Positions 27,377-40,159 of a stretch of DNA of 64,000 nucleotides are shown here, in pieces. Source of the DNA: Eledone cirrhosa (Eukaryota); NCBI GenBank assembly GCA_964016885.1, contig OZ024743.1, forward strand, positions 330,460,001 to 330,524,000, written 5' to 3'. The position numbers and the translations under genes were made by a program. Position 1 is the stretch's first letter; the number at the start of each line of letters is the position of its first letter. The notes under the pieces are model-generated. The model saw only the letters and a list, made by a program, of their open reading frames with translations, was not told the DNA's origin and did not search any database.

Positions 27377-27419
27377 CACACAAAACACACACAACAACAC
27401 GCTTCACAAACGTAGACAT

Positions 27420-29090
27420 ACAACCCTCCCACACACATATACATACATACACACACAGCCGAACACACACACACATGCAGACAGACACAACCGAACACAC
27501 ACACATACATATATCTATATATATTTATACAACCCTACCACACACATACATACACACACAGCCAAACACACACACATACATATATCTATATATATTTATA
27601 CAACCCTACCACACACATACATACACACACAGCCGAACACACACACATACATATATCTATATATATTTATACAACCCTACCACACACATACATACACACA
27701 CAGCCAAACACACACACATACATATATCTATATATATTTATACAACCCTACCACACACATACATACACACACACAGCCGAACACACACACATACATATAT
27801 CTATATATATTTATACAACCCTACCACACACATACATACACACACAACCGAACACACACACATACATATATCTATATATATTTATACAACCCTACCACAC
27901 ACATACATACACACACAGCCAAACACACACACATATATCTATATATATTTATACAACCCTACCACACACATACATACACACACAGCCGAACACACACACA
28001 TACATATATCTATATATATTTATACAACCCTACCACACACATACATACACACACAGCCAAACACACACACAAACATATATATATTTATATAACCCTACCA
28101 CACACATACATACACACACAGCCGAACACACACACATACATATATCTATATATATTTATACAACCCTACCACACACATACATACACACACAGCCAAACAC
28201 ACACACATACATATATATATTTATACAACCCTACCACACACACACATACACACACAGCCGAACACACACACATACATATATCTATATATATTTATACAAC
28301 CCTACCACACACATACATACACACACAGCCAAACACACACACATATATCTATATATATTTATACAACCCTACCACACACATACATACACACACAGCCGAA
28401 CACACACACATACATATATCTATATATATTTATACAACCCTACCACACACATACATACACACACAGCCAAACACACACACATACATATATCTATATATAT
28501 TCATACAACCCTACCACACACATACATACACACACAGCCGAACACACACACATACATATATCTATATATATTTATACAACCCTACCACACACATACATAC
28601 ACACACAACCAAACACACACACATACATATATCTATATATATTCATACAACCCTACCACACACATACATACACACACAGCCAAACACACACACATACATA
28701 TATCTATATATATTTATACAACCCTACCACACACATACATACACACACAGCCGAACACACACACATACATATATCTATATATATTTATACAACCCTACCA
28801 CACACATACATACACACACAACCGAACACACACATACATATATATATTTATACAACCCTACCACACATACATACACACACACAGCCGAACACACACACAT
28901 ACATATATCTATATATATTTATACAACCCTACCACACACATACATACACACACAACCGAACACACACACATACATATATATATTTATACAACCCTACCAC
29001 ACACATAAATACACACAGCCGAACACACACACATACATATATCTATATATATTTATATAACCCTACCACACACATACCTACACACACACA
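27420..29090. repeat. ~60-bp CA/TA-rich minisatellite (TACAACCCTACCACACACATACATACACACACAGCCGAACACACACACATACATATATCTATATATATTTA)
   Basis: About 25 or more tandem units, with degenerate units upstream (27020-27420). Confidence 0.95.
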
Positions 29091-29309
29091 TAACGAAAGA
29101 CACACACACTGACAAGGAAACACAAACACACTCTCACAACAGAACACATCCTCAGAGAAGAGACATTCCTGAAGTTTGTGCTTGTTAAAGTCAATGCTAT
29201 CATCCCTTAAGGTTTATTCCTTACGACGCCATTTTGTGTAAACACATTCTCACATGATTGTGTCGACTGGTTCATTGCTTCTCGTCTCAAATATTCTGGG
29301 TTGCTTTTA

Positions 29310-30160
29310 TTGTTGTTGCTGTTTTAGTGGTGATGGTGATGGTTTTTGTTGATGTTGTTGCTGTTGTCGTTGTTGTTGCTGTTGTGGTTGGGGGTTCTTG
29401 TTGTTGGTGACGTTGTTGTTGTTTTGGTGGTGATGGTTTTTGTTGATGTTGTTGTTGGTGGCATTGGTGTTGCTGTTGTGGTTGGGGTTCTTGTTGTTGG
29501 TGACGTTGTTGTTTATTTGGTGGTGATGGTTTTTGTTGATGTTGTTGTTGGTGGCATTGGTGTTGCTGTTGTGGTTGGGGTTCTTGTTGTTGTTGTTTTG
29601 GTGGTGATGGTTTTTGTTGATGTTTTTGTTGGTGGCATTGTTGTTGCTGTTGCGGTTGGGGTTCTTGTTGTTGATGTTGTTGTTTTGGTGGTGATGGTGA
29701 TGGTTTTTGTTGATGTTGTTGTTGGTGGCGTTGTTGTTCCTGTTGAGGTTGGGGTTGTTGTTGTTGTTGTTTTGGTGGTGATAGTGATGGTTTTTGTTGA
29801 TGTTGTTGTTGGTGGCGTTGTTGTTCCTGTTGCGGTTGGGGTTCTTGTTGTTGTTGTTTTGGTGGTGATAGTGATGGTTTTTGTTGATGTTGTTGTTGGT
29901 GGCGTTGTTGTTGCTGTTGTGGTTGGGGTTCTTGTTGTATTTGTTGTGTTAATGGTGATGGTGGTGGTGGTTATGATGTTTCTTGTTGATGTTGTCTTTG
30001 TTGTTGATGTTGTTACTGTTGTGGTTGTGGTTTTTATTGTTGCTGTGGTGGTGGTAATCTTGATGTTGCCGTTTGTGGTGTTGTTACTGTTGTGGTTATT
30101 GTTGTTGCTGTTGTGGTTCATGTTGTTGTGGTAATTGGTAATGGTGGTCGTTCTTGTTGT
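29310..30160. repeat. GTT/GTG triplet-based minisatellite (~80-90-bp higher unit)
   Basis: Repeated GGTGATGGTTTTTGTTGATGTTGTTGTTGGTGGC..GGTTGGGGTTCTTG. The - strand reads Thr-rich. Confidence 0.85.
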
Positions 30161-30586
30161 TGATGGACTCCATCAAGTTTTAAAATATGCCTCCAGAGAC
30201 GTCGTATATCAAAACGGCACCCCTACGACTCCCTCAGATGTTACGGGACCATACATACTTTTAAGTAAAAACAACCTCACAAAATAAAATATGACGATAC
30301 AAGTTCGTATCCTCCTCAGGTCAGGAAAGAAATTTAACTTTTAATCATAATCAATTCACTACACTGCACACTCCTAGTATAGAGGTTATAGAATATCTGA
30401 GAGTTAATAAAAATTTCTGTTATATTCAATAATTGGCACTGGTTCGGATGTTATCGAACGTACTGTACTGACTTGTTCATCATGCATCTGATTATTACTG
30501 GTTCATATCCCGAATTCGTCTAATTAATTTTGGGGGTTACTATTATGTTGGTGCGATTTCGTTTCATTTTCATATCAGAAATGTAT

Positions 30587-31008
30587 ATATTATGAGCATT
30601 TGGTTAGAATGTCACAAGAAAGAATCGCTGGATAGATTTTACGGGCAAAAACCAACCGGCAGGAGACCCAGAGGTAGAGTCCCGAGCAAGATGGTTGGAT
30701 AACATCCATGAGCTTGGCTGGTCTCGCTTGGAGATCCAACCAGATTAGATGGAGACGCTTGATTCTGACAGAACCTGCTGGAGGGTGTGTTGGAGAACTC
30801 TGCCCCCATGACTCTCTCAGAAAGAAATGCAACAGCCTGATTCTAAAATCTCTAGATCTAGCAAACGTGGGCCTGGTCTGGCCCGGGGGCAAGCTAGTGA
30901 CAAGGCTTGTGGCCGTGTGCAGTATAAATATATATGGAGAAGAAGAAGAAGAAGAAGAAGAAGAAGAAGAAGAAGAAGAAGAAGAAGAAGAAGAAGAAGA
31001 AGAAGAAA
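30587..31008 (+). mobile_element. RTE-clade LINE 3' fragment (same family as 21858-22353) with (GAA)n tail
   Basis: AGAATGTCACAAGAAAGAATCGCTGG..TTTACGGGCAAAAACCAACC is shared with 22100-22160. Confidence 0.8.
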
Positions 31009-31225
31009 TTTGAGGTATTAGGTTTATAGTCTTTTAAATGTTTTTAATTAAACATACGGTATATTGCCAAATATACTATACATACATTCATGTATACATC
31101 GCTATTTCAGAGCACCAATCCTAATTCCTAATTTTTGCTAGACCGGCAATCGCTCTGTATAATCAGCTCCTGATTATTACTGGAATTCTATAAGAATCCA
31201 GTTTCTATAATTTTCGGCGAAAGCA

Positions 31226-31285
31226 GGGAGTACGTGGCTCTGATGAACGCCAACCAGCGTGAAACAGACTGTCAGCTTCTCTCCC
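31226..31285 (+). ncRNA. Type I hammerhead ribozyme motif (Penelope-like type)
   Basis: Stem I GGCT/AGCT plus distal GGGAG/CTCCC; CTGATGA 31240-46; stem II ACGC-caacca-GCGT; GAAA 31261-64; stem III ACAG-a-CTGT; GUC cleavage predicted after C31273. Confidence 0.8.
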
Positions 31286-31544
31286 TTCTTCCCCCGAAAA
31301 GAAGTAAGTGACATAATCACTACCTTAAAACTGACAGCGTATGGTCTTCGAAATGTTTTTAATTAAACATACGGTATATTGTTAAATATACATTCATATT
31401 TATATATATATATATCATCATGGATCAACTAAGCGCTCTTGCTATATTAACACATTTTGATCTGCTTATCTTCAAGAACTATGCCTGTAAATAACATTAT
31501 TTTTTTCTTTCACATTGACTTATTATGCTCCACATTACGTCCCT

Positions 31545-31667
31545 TTTTTTATTTTTTATTTTTTATTTTTTATTTTTTATTTTTTATTTTTTATTTTTTA
31601 TTTTTTATTTTTTATTTTTTATTTTTTATTTTTTATTTTTTATTTTTTATTTTTTATTTTTTATTTT
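31545..31667. repeat. T-rich simple repeat (TTTTTTATTTTTTA-like)
   Basis: Direct inspection. Confidence 0.9.
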
Positions 31668-31799
31668 CACTTCATACACCTTTGTAAATAACATTATTCT
31701 TTCTGCACCATTTCTTTAACATGTCCAACACCACCATTCTACACCAATACATATTATTATCATTTGATAATGCATAAAAATGATGAAGCCGGTAATAGT

Positions 31800-31939
31800 C
31801 AATTATTAAACATATAAATAAATATATAAATGCCATTGTTAATTAATAAATAAATCAACTAATACCTTACAATTATTAAACATATAAATAAATATATAAA
31901 TGCCATTGTTAATTAATAAATAAATCAACTAATACCTTA
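31800..31939. repeat. 70-bp tandem duplication
   Basis: CAATTATTAAACATATAAAT...CTAATACCTTA occurs twice in tandem. Confidence 0.9.
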
Positions 31940-32060
31940 ACACTTCACACAAAGTAAAATATTTCGTTTTAATCATTTTCTAACCCAGAAAAAAAGAGAG
32001 AAAGAAGTAAAAGGGAAAAAAAAATATTTTTCTTCCTAATAATCGTCTTTTTCTCCCTGT

Positions 32061-32131
<71 letters not shown>

Positions 32132-32542
32132 TATATATATCTACATACATATATAATCAAGGTTTAGCAAATAAGAAAAAGTTTTAAAATAAATTTTAAA
32201 AAGTTCACTGTACCTGCTGTAATTACCCTTAGCGCGCGGTTTCAAGTCTCAAAATAAATGGATAATCCATGCGGAAATCCATTGAGAAGAAGACTTTCGT
32301 CAGAGGGTTCTTCTCACTCGGAGAATATAAAATTCCCGAGTTCAAATCACGAACTGGCGCCATACAGAACTGTTCCCATATGAGAGTGTATGATGAAGAA
32401 ACAATTCTGTCTAGTGCCGTGTGTAAAGATAGAAGGCAGGGGCGGAAAGGTCAATGTACTGCCACTAGAAATAGCAGCAGTTAAAACGACCAAAATGTTA
32501 TCTTGACCAGGGGAGATTAATAATAATAAAGTATGTTTCCCT

Positions 32543-32620
<78 letters not shown>

Positions 32621-33316
32621 TATATATATCTACATACATATATATATATATAATTAAAGTGAAGATTAAATTTAAGTCATCCTTAAAATCTACAATCGTT
32701 TCTATACAGGTGATAAGCTTGCATGTACATGAAAAAATCGAATCAATCAGTTATAATTAACAATTATCCACACAACCTAAAAACATTCCAACATATCATC
32801 AGGATCATTGAGAGGGATTGATTTCAAGAGAAACATGTATGGCGAACATTAACAACTACTGAATATAGGAAAGCAATGAAATAAGCAAATGAAGTGGGTG
32901 GACATATAAGTTGGTAATTACAGTGAGGTAATTCCTTTAGATTTATGGTGCATAAGACGGTAGAGATTATCTCATGTAGGTGTTGGAACATACAGAGTGA
33001 AAAACAGAAAGTCCGAAAGCCACAACAGTAATCAAATAGATTTTTCATTAATAAATGTGCAATACTTAAGAAAAACTGCTTATGAAAACGTGGATAATAC
33101 CAATTGAGAAATTAATCTGATTGTGTACAAATTAAACCTATAGCGATATACCCATATACCACCAAACCCCCAAATTTACGTTAAAGGGCCATACTATTGA
33201 CTTTAATAATAATAACCTATTTATCTGAAACATAGGTAAGATCAATAAAAAAAATTTAGACTGCGTTATCCCTGATTTGAAACAAAAATTTAGCTTTCTG
33301 TATGAAGAACCACAAT

Positions 33317-33540
33317 AGTATCACTGATGATGTCACAGGTGTGTGACGAAAGAACTCCGAGAGACTAAATATACATATATTTATATCTATATTTTAACTG
33401 TTGGTCAATCAATGATAAACATTGATTGGCAGCTAAATTAACTACAGGGATATAAAATATAGACGCGAAAACCAACCCAAATCAAACTGTGTATGTTTTT
33501 CTGGCAATATTATAACATGACACTTCCAACTATAACAACA
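33317..33540 (+). mobile_element. Family C copy with HHR core (stem I decayed)
   Basis: CTGATGA(33324-30) T GTCACA-ggtg-TGTGAC GAAA GAAC TC. The 3' part resembles TGTTT..TGGCA..CATGAC..CCAA..TAACAA of 46240-46283. Confidence 0.65.
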
Positions 33541-33559
33541 CACACACACACACACCCAC

Positions 33560-33646
<87 letters not shown>

Positions 33647-33749
33647 ATATTATATATATATATGAATGTATGTATAGTATATTTGGCAATATACCGTATG
33701 TGTAATTAAAAAGATTTAGAAAATCATACGCTATCAGTGTGTGTGTATG

Positions 33750-33781
<32 letters not shown>

Positions 33782-33910
33782 CATATATTTGTGGGTGTAT
33801 GTGCGTATGTATGTGTATCTATAATATAATAAAGGGAGGAATGCGGGTCAGCACCCGTTTTATAATTTGTTTAACCTGTTAGTAAAATAAGTTGGATTAC
33901 TTTGAATAAA

Positions 33911-35522
33911 TAATTGTTTCTACTTTTAGCACAAGACCAGCAATTACTGGTACTTTATTTTATCGGCCCCGTAAGGATGAAAGGCAAAGTTAACCTCGGC
34001 GAGATTTGAACTCAGATCATAAAGGGACGTAACTCTATGCTTCAAAGTATGGCGTCTGACCCTCTACCGATACTGCCAATCCACCTGATACACTGCCACG
34101 TATATCATAACACTTATGAATACTCGGTATACAGTGTAATCGGTATAGGTCATAAGTCATATCATCATAATACTGAGCCATAATTCATTATTGTATCTGA
34201 TTAAGTAATGTGAGGAAGTCTATGTTAGCTCAAAATAATTAATAGGAATAAACAACAATTGCAGCTTGGATATGCTAGAAAAAGTAGGTGGGTTGTTTTT
34301 AAAAAAGGTGTTAATGACTAACCGAATGTTGACTGCACTCAAAATATATTTCCTATATCAACTTAATTTAGTTATTATTCAGTTGACTTTCATATGTTGG
34401 GTATATAGTTACATTATTTACAATACTAACAGAAAAACCAGCCATCGGGTGTTATAATATAACGGACGCTAACAGGAAGTGTTGACATTTGAACATTTTT
34501 GAAGAAGTGAATCTTAAAATAATCAATACTTTATATATAAGAATATTTATGTCTAATCAAGAGCTACGAAATTTAGTAGATAAATTACATAATATTCATT
34601 CATTATTTATTCAAAGGCGGTGGATTAGCAGTATCGGTAGAGGGTCGGACGCCATGCTTTCCAGCATAGTTACGTCCCTTTACGATCTGAGTTCAAATCC
34701 CGCCGAGGTTGACTTTGCCTTTCATCCTTACGGGGTCGATAAAATAAAGTACCAGTAATGCACTGGGTAATTGCTGGCCTTGTGCCTAAAGTAGAAACAA
34801 TTATTTATTCAAAGTAATGAATGAATATTATGTAATTTATCTACTAAATTTCGTAGCTCTTGATTAAACATAAATATTCTTATATATAAAGTATTGATTA
34901 TTTTAAGATTCACTTCTTCAAAAATGTTCAAATGTCAACACTTCCTGTTAGCGTCCGTTATATTATAACACCCGATGGCTGGTTTTTCTGTTAGTATTGT
35001 AAATAATGTAACTATATACCCAACATATGAAAGTCAACTGAATAATAACTAAATTAAGTTGATATAGGAAATATATTTTGAGTGCAGTCAACGTTCGATT
35101 AGTCATTAACACTTTTTTTAAAAACAACCCACCTATTTTTTCTAGCATATCCAAGCTGCAATTGTTGTTTATTCCTATTAATTATTTTGAGCTAACATAG
35201 ACTTCCTCACATTACTTAATCAGATACAATAATGAATTATGGCTCAGTATTATGATAAGATGACTTATGACCTATACCGATTACACTGTATACCGAGTAT
35301 TCATAAGTGTTATGATATACGTGGCAGTATATCAGGTGGATTGGCAGTATCGGTAGAGGGTTAGACGCCATGCTTTGCAGCATAGAGTGAGGCTACTTTA
35401 TGATCTGAGTTCAAATCCCGCCGAGGTTAACTTTGCCTTTCATCCTTACGGGGTCGATAAAATAAAGTACCAGTTATGCACTGGGATAATTGCTGGCCTT
35501 GTGCTAAAAGTAGAAACAATTA
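33911..35522. repeat. Large inverted repeat (~700-bp arms, 33911-34605 / 34815-35522) containing three family 1 SINEs
   Basis: Mirror ORFs 34266-34457(+) and 34963-35154(-) are nearly identical. SINEs lie at 33911-34085(-), 34615-34801(+) and 35335-35521(+). Confidence 0.93.
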
Positions 35523-36286
35523 TAAATATGTGAATACCCCTTTGCATGTGTAACTCAAATTATGAATCCGAACAGTCAGAAACCATTTTCCTAAACCAAC
35601 ACTGTTTATTACACAGTGGTTTTTAATCATTAATAAACGTAATTATAATCAGCCACACTCTAACACTGGTCTTCAAAGACAACAACATCAACAAGAATCA
35701 TCACCATTTTATGCTCTGTCGCCCTCACCGTCTTTAGCTGGAAGGACTTTAACTTTCGGAAGACTATTTCTATTATTTTGAATTCCTTTAAAACTTAGAG
35801 CTTTTCACATCTTACCAAAATCAATAGTGGAATATTTCATTATAATCACTCGCAAACACACACACACATACACACATACACGCACATACACACATACACA
35901 CACACACACATTTTGAATAAGCGGTGGGGGAGTGTATCGGTAATTTTTTTAGGTTGTCTGTTGATTTTTATAAACCAGAACTAGTCGTTTTGTCTACATG
36001 TTGAGACCCCAATATTTTATAACGTATGAGATTACTAGTAATGTACTTTTTTTGTCATGAATATACTAAAGTTCTGTAAATGTTTTATAATTTTCGTAGA
36101 ATACATTTTGGTATTCTTTTCTTTCGGCATTTAGATATTCTAAATACATTTTTTTTCATTATGTTATGCAATATTTAAATAACTTTATCTTTTATTCTAA
36201 GGAAAATGGACATTGCGACAGATGACAATAGGTGTCTTGTGAATAGATTTCAGCATAGTACAGACCGGGGGATGGTTGGAAGGCCG

Positions 36287-36389
<103 letters not shown>

Positions 36390-36396
36390 TTATATA

Positions 36397-36429
<33 letters not shown>

Positions 36430-36507
36430 TTATATATATATGTATATATAGATATATAGATATATATACATATATATACATATATTTATATATATATATA
36501 TATGTAC

Positions 36508-36547
<40 letters not shown>

Positions 36548-36613
36548 GTATATATATATTTACATATATATATATATATGTATATATATATTTACATATA
36601 TATATATATTTAC

Positions 36614-36678
<65 letters not shown>

Positions 36679-36689
36679 TATATATGTAC

Positions 36690-36731
<42 letters not shown>

Positions 36732-36759
36732 TATATATATGTACATTATATATATGTAC

Positions 36760-36819
<60 letters not shown>

Positions 36820-37092
36820 ATGCTTTTATTGCAAAACATCCCCAGAGAATAACGTTTAATTGAGATCTCAATACCATACATGTATGTGATTAAAACCATT
36901 GTTATGCGGCTTAACTTCTCGTCTCTTTCAACCGCCTACTCACTGTTATTTGTCTGACTACGGTGGCTTTGTAGTTGCGGTTACTGAACAACTCATCATT
37001 GAAAGAGTTAACTTGCTGAGCGTATGCTTAGGAAAACTTGGAATTCGGCCGTAGAACAATGATTCAAATAAAATACGTATACACACACATAT

Positions 37093-37140
<48 letters not shown>

Positions 37141-37143
37141 ATA

Positions 37144-37340
37144 TAACAAAGGAATTGTGGTAAGGAACCAGATGGACCATAACGCACCAGAGTACTCAAT
37201 ACTTAGGGTAGTAGAGTGGGAAATAGGAAAAAGTATGACCCCGACGGCAGAGCTCAAGCCGTTTCGACGGCTATTTCTGGACCAGAAATAGCCGTCGAAA
37301 CGGCTTGAGCTCTGCCGTCGGGGTCATACTTTTTCCTCTA
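37144..37340. mobile_element. Family A fold-back element; perfect 56-bp palindrome 37225-37337 centred on A37281
   Basis: AGGAAAAAGTATGACCCCGACGGC...CTGG-A-CCAG...GCCGTCGGGGTCATACTTTTTCCT. Each arm carries GAAA CGGC..GCCG TC GGGGTC. Confidence 0.85.
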
Positions 37341-37344
37341 TATA

Positions 37345-37444
37345 TATAAAGAAAAAAAGATGAAATCGAAAATGCAACTGGAGTCTTATTTTAAAAAAAA
37401 TAAGACTCCAGTTGCATTTTCGATTTCATCTTTTTTCCTTTATA
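37345..37444. repeat. Near-perfect ~48-bp-arm palindrome
   Basis: AAAGATGAAATCGAAAATGCAACTGGAGTCTTATTTT / AAAATAAGACTCCAGTTGCATTTTCGATTTCATCTTT. Confidence 0.9.
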
Positions 37445-37508
37445 CTTTCACTCGTATAGGACACCTCGGTTATTTTTCATTTTGTAAAAAAAAAAAAAAA
37501 GACCTCAC

Positions 37509-37960
<452 letters not shown>

Positions 37961-38386
37961 AAATATATGGAGACTATGATGGCTGTGTAGTTGCTTGTTA
38001 AGTTAGGCTTAAAAATGGAATGAGAATAAGAAGAAAGCAAAAACTGGGAGGGGAGAGGAGTTTTCCTCATCAGTTCTCTACTGGGGGACTCTGATATTTC
38101 AACGCTTTAAAGACAATATATTTACCACCAGAGCGTTCAGTAACTGGGTAAGTTATTGGGAAAACGGAGGAGGGAGGGAAGGTTAATAGAAGGGAAAGAA
38201 AAGAGAAAACAGCGAAAAAAAATCAACAAACCGAAGAATGTGCAGCAACTGAAGGCAAGAGAACCAAGACCGCGGCGGTAACTGAACCTAAGTTGAAGAG
38301 GGTGTGATCGAATGAATAGACATGACTGACCCAAGCGAGTGTAAGTGAGAAAAGGACTGCTAGAAGGTCAGGCGAGGGAAACAATG

Positions 38387-38716
38387 AGGGTAAAGACCTC
38401 ATTCGGTCACGAGTGACCATGGGATTTGAACCTAGAAAGTAGACCTCCGAGGCACAAATAGTTTGTAGAAGACCAACAGTCAGCCATGCATACCAGCCTC
38501 CCCTCTCCACGTCACCGATGTTGCCTAAGGGAAAGGCTAAGGCCGAATGAGCTTAGCACTTAGCACCAGTGACGTCGCAACCCCTTTCTACAGCTGAGGA
38601 AACTGGAGCAACGTGAAATAAAGTGTCTTGCTCAAGAACACAACACACCGCCGGACCGGGTATAGAACTCACAACCCCACGATTGTAAGCCTGACGCTCT
38701 AACCACTAAGCCATGC
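38387..38716 (-). mobile_element. tRNA-derived SINE family 2
   Basis: The - strand head GCATGGCTTAGTGGTTAGAGCG..GTTCTATACCC is followed by TGTTCTTGAGCAAGACACTTTATTTCACGTTGCTCCAG. Homologous to 57998-58332. Confidence 0.85.
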
Positions 38717-38833
38717 ACATTCACACATATACGCACATACAAACACACACTAATACACACACACATATATATATATATATAGCTAGAGAGAGAAAGAGAG
38801 AGAAAGAGAGAGAGAAAGAGAGAGAAAAAGAGA

Positions 38834-38876
<43 letters not shown>

Positions 38877-39857
38877 AGGGAGAGAGAGAGTGTGAGAGAG
38901 AGGGAGAGAGAGAAGACTGTGTGTAGAGATAGGTAAAATCCCCACCGCTTGGCGCCGTGGCCGGGATTTTACCTATCTATCAATCTCACTGCCTGACACT
39001 AGTACTTCATTTATCGACTCTGCAAAGACAAAGGTAAGGTTCACCAGAATAAATATTAGCAAGTATATCTGCCAACGCTCTAATGCTTCAGCGAATTTCA
39101 TATCTTTCCTCTGTCATTGATTCTCGACCATAAATAATTTATTTTCTATTTTGTCTGTTTATAGTATTGTTGTTGTTGTAATGATGTGTCCGAAACGGGT
39201 GCATTGAATGTAAAAAGATCAGCTGATCAACCAGGGATCATTTTAACGAGCGTTGACTCCTACTTGTGTAGTTCTAAATCTAATTTTGTGCTGTTATTTT
39301 ATATGTTGTGTCAATTACATGTACGTACATACATGGTAAATGATAATTTGAACCCTTAAAACACACACGTCATAACCGTCACCATTACAAATGCACCTCA
39401 GCGTCAGAGAGTATCAAACATTAGGTGAAACACTGGGTCAAGTCACCTGCCTCTAAAATTACCTAGAAATAATTCTGACCATGTGAGTGGGTGTCTTTCA
39501 AATTTCGCAATTGGATGATTAAAATATTATTTTATGGAGTTAATATGAGTTTCTATGACATAGTTGATATTCTCAATAAAACGTATAATGTATTTACAAC
39601 CATAAATCATATTTCAAGTAATGTATCATAATTCGCCTCTTACTGCGATAAACTGACTCCGTAATTAATATATCTCTATGGTTATTATTAACTATTCACC
39701 ATAAATGTTATCCAGCAAGGAGTATTAACTCTGTTCGAACAATTTTATCGTAAATTAGATATAATAATTAAATAATACATAACCCATTGTTTTACAGTTG
39801 GAATAAATAATTTTAGATACCTACACCAAACTTTCATTGTTGATGTCCTGTACACAT

Positions 39858-40155
39858 CTAGGGCAGGTAAAATTCCCGAGATCCATGGACGAGTTCTCTC
39901 CAGCGGTCTCTGTCCCTCATTATCGCTGCCATGTCCTGCGTCTCCAACAGACCAGTGTCTGTCCTTAGGGCATCAACATACGTTAACCTTGGTCTTCCTC
40001 TTCCAGTGTGTCCATGTAGGGGCTCCCACAGGAGCACTGAGTGCAATGCCAACTCTGGATGTCGGTGAGCATGTCCAGCTAACCTCAGTCTCCCCTGTGT
40101 CACTTTTGAGCTGACTTTTGGGAGGCTCCCATACAGCTCTGAGACCGCATTAACA
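39858..40155 (-). mobile_element. RTE-like LINE 3' fragment (family shared with 51978-52450 and 58426-58752)
   Basis: ELYGSLPKVSSKVTQGRLRLAGHAHRHPE..LLWEPLHGHTGRGRPRLTYVD..RDRWRELV. Confidence 0.85.
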
Positions 40156-40159
40156 AGAC

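Noticed and set aside
30292-30323. - strand TGAC CTGAGGA G-GATA-C GAAC TTGTA TC GTCA as an HHR
   Set aside because: Stem I fits, but it has GAAC instead of GAAA, a 1-bp stem II and no stem III; cannot be distinguished from chance.
32790-33310. Penelope GIY-YIG coding remnant upstream of the family C HHR
   Set aside because: I could not recognise any GIY-YIG or RT motif; no autonomous Penelope ORF is visible in this window.
38052-38078. - strand CTGATGA G GAAA AC TC as an HHR
   Set aside because: Stem II is absent and stem I is mismatched.
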